A stretch of DNA of 25,731 bases from a virus (taxonomy: Duplodnaviria > Caudoviricetes), in the IMG/VR virus record IMGVR_UViG_3300047561_000098, positions 1 through 25,731 of that record; one strand, given 5' to 3'. Below the pieces are notes generated by a model that was given only the letters and a program-made list of their open reading frames with translations, was not told the DNA's origin and did not search any database. Made by a program: the position numbers and the translations under genes. Positions 1-6,204 of this stretch are shown piece after piece (positions within the stretch are counted from its first letter, which is position 1; each line of letters opens with the position of its first letter).

Positions 1-8
1 GATCATTT

Positions 9-206
9 TCATTCCGAATCCTTTGCAATCAAATCAAGCTGGCACTGTTTCAATTCCTCTTGGATGTTTTCCAGTTGGTAGATGTATTCCCGCAAGCGAG
101 ACTCCAGCAGGCCAACATGGTAGGCAAGGCGGTTAGCCGCGGGTTCGCCTCGATATTGCTTTTCAGCAACGTCTCGCATGGCTTCAATAATTTGATCAAT
201 TGGCAT
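9..206 (-). CDS. Hypothetical early phage protein with a coiled-coil C-terminus
   Basis: 65-aa ORF; start abuts the stop of the upstream gene; GGAG SD; its stop overlaps the ATG of a further gene that runs off the left edge. Confidence 0.7.
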   Translation of the reverse strand: MPIDQIIEAMRDVAEKQYRGEPAANRLAYHVGLLESRLREYIYQLENIQEELKQCQLDLIAKDSE

Positions 207-323
207 TTATGCTCTCCAGTAAAGAACGTCAAGAATGACCACCACAATGGCGGCAACGGATACGACCCACAAAGCGACTTGTGACCAATCTGTGGGCGGG
301 GTGTACTTTTCAATATCAAACAT
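207..323 (-). CDS. Small single-pass membrane protein (38 aa)
   Basis: ATG at 323 preceded by AAAGGA SD; MFDIEKYTPPTDWSQVALWVVSVAAIVVVILDVLYWRA contains one hydrophobic helix. Confidence 0.7.
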   Translation of the reverse strand: MFDIEKYTPPTDWSQVALWVVSVAAIVVVILDVLYWRA

Positions 324-360
324 GGTTGTTCCTTTATGGGGGACTCTGCCCCCGTTGGGT

Positions 361-579
361 TTAAACAAAATCAAAACTGTATTCAGCGCCAGGCGTAACA
401 ATTACGCTAATACCGTTGCATTCAAAAGCGGTTTGCATTTTTGATGCTTCACGGGGAGTGCAGCCAGAAACAAAAAGTGTTCCGTTGAAATATTCAGCAG
501 CCGCCATAGGTGCAGCTTGATTTGCTACGTTATTTGCATAGATTGCAAATTGAGTTTCATCCATTACATACATTGACAT
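361..579 (-). CDS. Hypothetical early phage protein (72 aa)
   Basis: TAAGGA SD; lies directly downstream of the promoter/leader repeat. Confidence 0.75.
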   Translation of the reverse strand: MSMYVMDETQFAIYANNVANQAAPMAAAEYFNGTLFVSGCTPREASKMQTAFECNGISVIVTPGAEYSFDFV

Positions 580-654
580 TTTGATTTCCTTAAAAGACCC
601 CGTGCGATTTGCTAGGGCATGAATGAATTATAAGCTGGCTTAACACCAAGTCAA
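573..654 (-). promoter_or_regulatory. Leftward sigma70-type promoter plus hairpin leader, copy 1
   Basis: TTGACT(654-649)-16 nt-TATAAT(632-627), then ATGCCCT...CGGGGTCTTTTAAGGA...ATGTCAA; near-identical to 1792-1872. Confidence 0.75.
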
Positions 655-673
655 GCCATTTCACAATTATTTT

Positions 674-988
674 TTAGGTAGTTTCCCTAAGTTGTTCATA
701 AAACGCCACAACCTCAGATTTGATCTGGTCAAGCTGCGCCAGCACGGTTTGCTGTTGTTCAGCCACAGTTTTTTGAGTGGCACGAATGCTTTTACTAACC
801 CCCCAAGTTCTGCCGTAATCTTTGCAAACCGTCCAGTAATACATTTCGCCCTCTTTGCGGCTACCCGTCACCGTGGTGGTAAGCAGGCCGCCGTAGCGTT
901 TCATGGTGGTAATTGTGATGCGGGTGGTATCGTCCAGCGGAAAATATGATTCTGCTTTCCATCCAAATGCACTTTGAAAAACTTTCAT
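674..988 (-). CDS. Hypothetical early phage protein (104 aa, MKVFQSAFGW...)
   Basis: ATG at 988 with AAGGAG SD; the longer start in the ORF track overlaps the upstream gene. Confidence 0.7.
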   Translation of the reverse strand: MKVFQSAFGWKAESYFPLDDTTRITITTMKRYGGLLTTTVTGSRKEGEMYYWTVCKDYGRTWGVSKSIRATQKTVAEQQQTVLAQLDQIKSEVVAFYEQLRETT

Positions 989-992
989 TTTC

Positions 993-1211
993 TTACTCCT
1001 TGATGTTTGCAATTTTTTTGGCGTAGGCAATTGCCTGATCCAACATGGTGACGGGATAAATACGCACTGGGGAAACAATCATTTCGGCATCGGTATCCAG
1101 CAGAGTTACGGCATAGCCTTTTTTGGTTTCGGTGACCAAAGAAGCAATGCCATAAAAAACATTTACAAAAGTTGCTACTTGCACAGTGTTTGAAATTTGA
1201 GAAATAACCAT
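993..1211 (-). CDS. Hypothetical early phage protein (72 aa, MVISQISNT...)
   Basis: ATG at 1211 with TAAGGAG SD, preceded by a GGGGC-GCAA-GCCCC hairpin. Confidence 0.7.
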   Translation of the reverse strand: MVISQISNTVQVATFVNVFYGIASLVTETKKGYAVTLLDTDAEMIVSPVRIYPVTMLDQAIAYAKKIANIKE

Positions 1212-1249
1212 TTTTTTACTCCTTAGAGGGGGCTTGCGCCCCCGATTAA

Positions 1250-1798
1250 TTAAGCTGCCAATTTGCCTACAGAATTCCAACCGTAACCGTCATCGCCAAG
1301 AAAACACACGCTGGCAACGGTCTTGCTGGGCTGTGTATCGCACAGGCTTATGTCCTGAATTTTTTGCATGATTCTTCTTTCTGTGTCGAAATCCAAACCC
1401 CGTGCGATGTATGAGCCAAAGCTGCTTTCACACAGTTCAGGCATTTCATAACCGTAGTATTTGCAAACTGCCTGCACAGCGCCCTCAAAAAATGTCATTG
1501 AATATTTCCGATTGACAAAAATGAAGTTAGCGCCAAAACTGACATTAACGCCGTTCATGCTGTTGTAGTTGCTGCCTTTGTAATCGGTCATGCCATCGAA
1601 GTAGCTGCCCTCAAAGGTGCTGACAACTGCTTTGACCTGATCAACAGTTGGGCCGTTTACATACTTGACATTGATAGAAGCGCCCATGCTGTAAACGCTG
1701 GAAGTGACGCTGAACTTGATGCCTGGGAAAGACTCTTTAAGAGCAGCCCGAACTAATTTTGCGGTTTCGGCACATGAGAGATATTGAGTGGTTGACAT
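1250..1798 (-). CDS. LPD29 (large polyvalent protein-associated domain 29)-like protein
   Basis: N-terminal pattern TAKLVRAALKESFPGIKFSV..YSMGASINVKYVNGPT..FDGMTD recalls LPD29 proteins; TAAGGAG SD. Confidence 0.7.
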   Translation of the reverse strand: MSTTQYLSCAETAKLVRAALKESFPGIKFSVTSSVYSMGASINVKYVNGPTVDQVKAVVSTFEGSYFDGMTDYKGSNYNSMNGVNVSFGANFIFVNRKYSMTFFEGAVQAVCKYYGYEMPELCESSFGSYIARGLDFDTERRIMQKIQDISLCDTQPSKTVASVCFLGDDGYGWNSVGKLAA

Positions 1799-1872
1799 TT
1801 TGATTCTCCTTAAAAGACCCCGAACAACTCAGGGCATGAACGAAATATAAGTTACCTTAACAACCTTGTCAA
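1792..1872 (-). promoter_or_regulatory. Leftward sigma70-type promoter plus hairpin leader, copy 2 (pL-like)
   Basis: TTGACA(1872-1867)-17 nt-TATATT(1849-1844), followed by the same ATGCCCT...CGGGGTCTTTTAAGGA leader as copy 1. Confidence 0.75.
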
Positions 1873-1908
1873 ATGGTATCTGTAAAGCCCCCTTAACTTT
1901 ATAGGGTA

Positions 1909-1938
1909 TTGACTTAGAGCAGTAAGTTGGCTTATCAT
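1909..1938 (+). promoter_or_regulatory. Rightward promoter (pR-like) overlapping a TAAG-N4-CTTA box
   Basis: TTGACT(1909-1914)-18 nt-TATCAT(1933-1938); divergent from the leftward promoter. Confidence 0.65.
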
Positions 1939-1941
1939 GCA

Positions 1942-2103
1942 ATGATGGAAAAAGAGCAAGCTATAAAAAAAGCAGGATCAGCAAGGAAATTGGCTGAATT
2001 GCTGGGCATCAGTCGAGCAGCCATTAGTCAATGGGGTGCAAACGTCCCGCAGGCACGGGTGTGGCAATTAATGGCCTTAAAACCGGAGTGGTTTGCAACT
2101 TAA
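1942..2103 (+). CDS. cro: Cro-like helix-turn-helix regulator, 52-53 aa (not in the ORF track)
   Basis: Manual translation MMEKEQAIKKAGSARKLAELLGISRAAISQWGANVPQARVWQLMALKPEWFAT; classic Cro HTH (LAELLGISRAAISQW); first gene after the divergent promoter. Confidence 0.88.
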   Translation: MMEKEQAIKKAGSARKLAELLGISRAAISQWGANVPQARVWQLMALKPEWFAT

Positions 2104-2120
2104 AAAAAATTATGTATAAT
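2093..2120 (+). promoter_or_regulatory. Promoter for the structured RNA region
   Basis: TTGCAA at the end of cro and a perfect TATAAT at 2115-2120. Confidence 0.6.
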
Positions 2121-2530
2121 TCAACCCGTCTAGAGTGGCATCTAGGCGATAGAGGTGAATCGTTGAACCCCGCAGAGTACTGTGTGGTCTTGTCAGACGA
2201 CAAACGAACTTTTGATTCACCTCAATCGCTTGTTGTTGCTCTCGCCAAGAGCCAAGACCACAGAGCATTTTGCGGGGTTTTTGCTTTTGGAGACCGTACT
2301 CCGCACGTTAGCAAGCACCTCAATCGTGGTGGCGCGGAAGAAAAGCGTAGCCAGTATGCCGAAAGGCTAGGGGGCAGTTCCCGAATAATCTGGTCGGCTG
2401 GTCGAATCATCAAGCCGAGGGGCGTGGCAATAGCCAGCATGATGATCCTGTTTAACAGGGGTGAAGTACCTTTCCTTTCTGCTCTACGTTGTGGGGTAGG
2501 GGGGTCTTTGGGTGAAATTAATTAATAACT
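2121..2530 (+). ncRNA. Putative structured regulatory RNA / leader ahead of the replication gene
   Basis: Many helices: 2127-2134/2141-2148; 2145-2161/2214-2230; 2166-2192/2253-2279 followed by a T-run; 2238-2252; 2394-2399/2413-2418; direct repeat CACCTCAATCG; terminal G tract. Confidence 0.6.
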
Positions 2531-2603
2531 AGGGATTCTGTATGTTGTGGATTATTGTGATTCTGTTGTTGTTAATCTTGTTAAAACTATAAGGAGACAA
2601 ACT

Positions 2604-3002
2604 GTGACCGATTTATTTGGATTTCCTGAGCAGCCTAAAGTTACAGACCAAGGCTTTGAAGAATTTTGGGACGCATATCCCAAGTGCATTCGCAAAGGTG
2701 AAAAGGGTGCTTGCAAGAAAAAATGGTCAGAGAATTATTATTTTTACCAGATTAAAACCATTTTGAAACACTTGGAATGGATGAAAACAACAACGCAATG
2801 GTTGCAAGACAATGGTGCATTTATTCCAGCGCCAAAGGTTTACCTCAACCAGATGCGATGGGACGGCGCAGAAGTGCCTCAGATTGTTGCAAAGCCTGAT
2901 CGTGACCCTGCGCTAGTCAAACTGGAAAAAGACCGCCAAAACGCCGTTTCTATGCCTGACGATATTCGTGCAAAGCTAGCTGCATTGCGGGGCAGGCAAT
3001 GA
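2604..3002 (+). CDS. Replication-initiator C-terminal-domain-like protein
   Basis: GTG at 2604 with TAAGGAG SD; FEEFWDAYPK..K...FIPAPKVYLNQMRW matches the C-terminal motif of phage O-like/replisome-organiser proteins. Confidence 0.65.
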   Translation: MTDLFGFPEQPKVTDQGFEEFWDAYPKCIRKGEKGACKKKWSENYYFYQIKTILKHLEWMKTTTQWLQDNGAFIPAPKVYLNQMRWDGAEVPQIVAKPDRDPALVKLEKDRQNAVSMPDDIRAKLAALRGRQ

Positions 3003-3241
3003 CACATGAAAGACTTGTTGCAAACTCAATCCTTGGAAGACTTAAAGACGGTGAAGAATTTAGCCAATCAGTCATCCGACTTGCGCTTAGAGACACAGGA
3101 GACATTGCGCCAAACCGAGGCCAAGGACTGGATCAGGCGTTACAGGAAGAAGATCAAGGAGGAGGGGAAAGCCGAAGCCTATGCCTGGTGGCACAAGACC
3201 TTATCCGACTTGGTGAAAAAACGTGGACAAGCCGCCGTTGA
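2999..3241 (+). CDS. Hypothetical protein, overlapping alternative frame
   Basis: ATGA coupling with the stop of the upstream gene; plausible helical N-terminus. Confidence 0.4.
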   Translation: MTHERLVANSILGRLKDGEEFSQSVIRLALRDTGDIAPNRGQGLDQALQEEDQGGGESRSLCLVAQDLIRLGEKTWTSRR

Positions 3242-3284
3242 TGATTTACGAAAGCGAATGAACGATGAGAGCAGCAAAAATTGA
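3006..3284 (+). CDS. Hypothetical phage protein
   Basis: 92-aa ORF; amphipathic C-terminal half (WWHKTLSDLVKKRG); overlaps the next gene by 20 nt. Confidence 0.55.
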   Translation: MKDLLQTQSLEDLKTVKNLANQSSDLRLETQETLRQTEAKDWIRRYRKKIKEEGKAEAYAWWHKTLSDLVKKRGQAAVDDLRKRMNDESSKN

Positions 3285-3552
3285 CGCAAATCATGACCAA
3301 GTCGTTACGGCGCTACGGGCGGCTGGCGCTACGGTGCAGTCTTTGGCTGGTGTTGGCAAGGGTGTACCTGATCTGTTGGTGGGTTATCAAGGCCAGACCC
3401 TGCTTATGGAGGTTAAAGACGGGCATAAACCGCCGTCTAAGAGGGCTTTGAACGAAGACCAGCTAAGGTGGCATGGAAACTGGAAAGGCGGCGCATTGGC
3501 GGTTGTAGACAGTCCTGATGGGGCTTTACGCATACTTGGAGTATTGAAATGA
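3265..3552 (+). CDS. PD-(D/E)XK nuclease (VRR-NUC / Holliday junction resolvase-like)
   Basis: RAAKIDANH...GVPDLLVGY...LMEVKDG catalytic PD...ExK motif. Confidence 0.8.
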   Translation: MRAAKIDANHDQVVTALRAAGATVQSLAGVGKGVPDLLVGYQGQTLLMEVKDGHKPPSKRALNEDQLRWHGNWKGGALAVVDSPDGALRILGVLK

Positions 3553-3878
3553 AACCAGAAGAAGCAGCACAGGACATTCGAGACAAAGCATCAGCCTATG
3601 GTGAAGCCAAAGCCCAACGGGTTTACCTTGAGGAATTTCGCAAGTCAAAAAAAGCCTTATTGATGAAAGATGCCTTGTCAATGGGATTTGAAGCTGCTAA
3701 CGCACAGGAACGGGAAGCCTATGCCGACCCCGAATATCATCAATTGCTTAAAGGGCTGGCGGCGGCTATCCACCAAGAGGAAACCCTAAAATGGGAAATT
3801 GAGGCATCTAGGCTTGATATTGAGATTTGGCGCACACGGGAAGCCACAAGTAGAGCGCAAGACAGGGCGCACCAATGA
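3549..3878 (+). CDS. Conserved coiled-coil phage protein
   Basis: ATGA-coupled at both ends; all-helical; EREAYADPEY motif. Confidence 0.75.
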   Translation: MKPEEAAQDIRDKASAYGEAKAQRVYLEEFRKSKKALLMKDALSMGFEAANAQEREAYADPEYHQLLKGLAAAIHQEETLKWEIEASRLDIEIWRTREATSRAQDRAHQ

Positions 3879-4060
3879 GATGCCCAGAATGCGGCACTTG
3901 GACAATAGTCAAAGAAACCAGAGTATCCACGGAAAACACCCGCAGGCGGCGGCTGGAATGTGCAAATGAACACCGATTTACAACACTGGAGACAATAATT
4001 GTTTCAAAAACACGAGTACATTCGATCAAAAAAGCTACTGAAACTGGTAGCGGGGCTTGA
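3875..4060 (+). CDS. Zinc-ribbon protein resembling the NrdR N-terminal domain
   Basis: MRCPEC...ETR...RRRRLECANEHRFTTLE; no ATP-cone domain. Confidence 0.75.
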   Translation: MRCPECGTWTIVKETRVSTENTRRRRLECANEHRFTTLETIIVSKTRVHSIKKATETGSGA

Positions 4061-4331
4061 TTGCCAAGCCTGTGGATCAGGGCAAATGGTGCAAGCGGCA
4101 CACACAAATTGGGGCGGCGGCAAGGGTCGTGGCGTTAAGGCTGATGACAATTTAATAGCTGCTTTGTGCCTTAAATGCCATTACGAGATTGATCAGGGCA
4201 AGGATTTGACCAAGGATGAAAGACAATTTATGTGGAATCTGGCGCATAGCCTTACTGTTGCAGAACTTTGCAAGCAAGGGTTATGGCCTGCGGATGTGCC
4301 TGTGCCTACAATGGATATGCAGTTGTCTTAG
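3999..4331 (+). CDS. DUF968/DUF1364-like zinc-binding putative nuclease
   Basis: CQACG...AAH...GRGVKADD...LCLKCH pattern; TTG start with GGAG SD. Confidence 0.7.
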   Translation: MFQKHEYIRSKKLLKLVAGLDCQACGSGQMVQAAHTNWGGGKGRGVKADDNLIAALCLKCHYEIDQGKDLTKDERQFMWNLAHSLTVAELCKQGLWPADVPVPTMDMQLS

Positions 4332-4357
4332 GGGGGTGTTGCAACCCCCCTTTTTTT
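4331..4357 (+). terminator. Intrinsic terminator
   Basis: GGGGGGT-GTTGCA-ACCCCCC followed by T7, immediately after the stop codon. Confidence 0.8.
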
Positions 4358-4371
4358 GATATAGTCCAAGC

Positions 4372-4731
4372 ATGAACGAAGAAGTCGCCGAATTTGTTGC
4401 CACTTTGCTGCATAGCAGCACGGTTACGCATTTCATGCACTGGTCTACTGACAGCTTTGCCAAGCACATGGCACTAGGGGAATATTATGCCCAAATTATT
4501 GAATTGGTTGATCAATTTGCCGAAGCGTACATGGGTCGCTATGAACAGCTTAAAAAGTTTCCTGATGAGTTTCATCTCGAAAAAGACCCTGTAAAGTATT
4601 TGGACAACCTCAAAGATTTTGTCGAAGAAGCACGAAAAGAACTGCCTCAAGACTCAGAATTGCAGAATCTTGTTGATGAAATCGCCGATTTGATCAATTC
4701 GACTTTGTATAAATTGCGATTCCTCAACTAA
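4372..4731 (+). CDS. Ferritin/Dps-like four-helix protein (DUF5856-like)
   Basis: HFMHW...FAKHMALGEYY...VDQFAEAYMG...LYKLRFL pattern. Confidence 0.75.
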   Translation: MNEEVAEFVATLLHSSTVTHFMHWSTDSFAKHMALGEYYAQIIELVDQFAEAYMGRYEQLKKFPDEFHLEKDPVKYLDNLKDFVEEARKELPQDSELQNLVDEIADLINSTLYKLRFLN

Positions 4732-4742
4732 GGAGAAACCCC

Positions 4743-4946
4743 ATGAAAGATATGAACGGCAAATACGGTTATGGCAATCAGGCAAAAATGGCTGGCAACC
4801 CAGCCCCTGAAATGAAAAGCAATGGTAGTGTTAAAAACAACATTCCCAAAGCTATGACCAACATGGTTGGCGCAGACAAGAAATTTGACGGCGGTAAAAC
4901 CAGCGGTGTGGCGTATGTCCATGACCGCAAGTGCTATCAAGACTAA
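4743..4946 (+). CDS. Small basic hypothetical protein
   Basis: AAAGGAG SD; 67 aa; stop overlaps the next ATG. Confidence 0.7.
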   Translation: MKDMNGKYGYGNQAKMAGNPAPEMKSNGSVKNNIPKAMTNMVGADKKFDGGKTSGVAYVHDRKCYQD

Positions 4947-5878
4947 TGGCTATTTCGCTGTCCTCATTGATGACGGCGGGGCGACAAAGTCTTAACCCTG
5001 ACCAGATCAGGGCATCATTGTTATTGCCGCCTGCTGCATCTCAAGCACCAGCTACGCCTGAACAATCTGCAAATCCAATTACTCAGGCGTATCAAAATCG
5101 GTATTTAAACGATTACGAGCAGCTTAAAGCGGAATATCAAGCCCATGAAGAATCTAAGGGCGGCAAGATCATAAACACTGATGTAGCACGGGAAATGTCG
5201 CCTGAGTACAGGGCTGACCGTACTAAATCTGCTGATGTACACGAGCCAGCAAGTGCTTTCATGAAAAGATATTACGCTGAAAAGCTATCGCAGCCGACCC
5301 CAAGAGACAAAGACAACACGGTAGTTTTCAGTGCTGGCGGTACTGGTGCTGGCAAAACTACGGCGTTAGATATGTTGGAAGCGCATGATCCAGCCCTTGC
5401 ACGGGCAGAGATGATCTACGACACCAACATGAACAAGTTTGAAACTGCTGACCAAAAGATCAAACAAGCCTTGGATGCAAAGCGCAAGGTGCGGATTATT
5501 TACACCTACCGAGACCCTGCTGAAGCCTTAGAACATGGTGCATTAGCACGAGCAGATAGGATGGAAAAATCCAAAGGATCAGGGCGCACAGTACCAATTG
5601 AAGAACATTTAAAAACTCACATTGGCGCACGAAAAGTCATTGATGAACTGCAAAAGAAATACAAAAATAACCCTAAAGTTGATATTCAAGTTGTTGACAA
5701 TTCGTTGGGCAGGGGCAACGCAAGAGCAAGCCAGCTTGACAAGCTACCTAAATTAAACGAAAATGAAGTCAAAAGGAGGTTACATGAGACCCTTGAACGA
5801 GTCAGAGCCACTGGAATCGGTGGGACTAAGCGCATCTCCGATGCCATCTACCACGGCACGAGAGGCAACACCCGCTGA
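4946..5878 (+). CDS. Zeta-toxin-like P-loop kinase
   Basis: Walker A SAGGTGAGKTT, then IYDTN and GRTVP motifs typical of zeta/PezT-like kinases; ATG at 4946 in a TAATG overlap. Confidence 0.7.
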   Translation: MAISLSSLMTAGRQSLNPDQIRASLLLPPAASQAPATPEQSANPITQAYQNRYLNDYEQLKAEYQAHEESKGGKIINTDVAREMSPEYRADRTKSADVHEPASAFMKRYYAEKLSQPTPRDKDNTVVFSAGGTGAGKTTALDMLEAHDPALARAEMIYDTNMNKFETADQKIKQALDAKRKVRIIYTYRDPAEALEHGALARADRMEKSKGSGRTVPIEEHLKTHIGARKVIDELQKKYKNNPKVDIQVVDNSLGRGNARASQLDKLPKLNENEVKRRLHETLERVRATGIGGTKRISDAIYHGTRGNTR

Positions 5879-5993
5879 ACATCGAGAAATCAGGCGTTTT
5901 GAAGGTGAAAACAAAGGTTTTGCCGAGCGAATGGCTGCGGCATTGAATCATGCAGTTATCACTGAGGCGGCAAAGGAAACCAATGTCAGATAA
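5784..5993 (+). CDS. Small protein (69 aa) overlapping the 3' end of the kinase gene
   Basis: Strong AAGGAGGT SD just before ATG 5784; fills the gap to the next gene. Confidence 0.5.
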   Translation: MRPLNESEPLESVGLSASPMPSTTAREATPAEHREIRRFEGENKGFAERMAAALNHAVITEAAKETNVR

Positions 5994-6204
5994 TTGTGGA
6001 GGCTGTCGGTTTTTCCGAGACCAGCAAGTTATGGGCGTATGCCGTTTGTATCCGCACCAACAAAACAAACACGAATCTGATTGGTGTGGTCAATTTGAGG
6101 CAAAAGCCACAAAAAAGGTGTACGACATAACCACCGACCAAACCAGTGAAACCCCTCAGAAGCGCAAATACACAAGGAAATCAAATGCTCAAGCCGTTGC
6201 GTGA
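5983..6204 (+). CDS. Small 4-Cys metal-binding protein with HiPIP-like spacing
   Basis: AAAGGA SD; CGGCRFF...GVCRLYP...DWCGQF; basic tail. Confidence 0.7.
   Translation: MSDNCGGCRFFRDQQVMGVCRLYPHQQNKHESDWCGQFEAKATKKVYDITTDQTSETPQKRKYTRKSNAQAVA

Noticed and set aside
674-690. Inverted repeat TTAGG-N7-CCTAA upstream of promoter copy 1
   Set aside because: Single clear copy overlapping a stop codon; no matching site at the other promoters.
573-1872. CRISPR array or att sites suggested by the repeats
   Set aside because: Only two imperfect copies 1.2 kb apart, each coinciding with promoter and SD elements; no cas or integrase gene.
2290-2520. Group I/II intron or retron msr-msd interpretation
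   Set aside because: No recognisable catalytic core or domain V, no interrupted gene, and no reverse transcriptase in the window.
2031-2525. 164-aa ORF spanning the structured region
   Set aside because: Overlaps cro, has no SD, and has an atypical composition; better explained as RNA structure. The long open frame means coding is not fully excluded.
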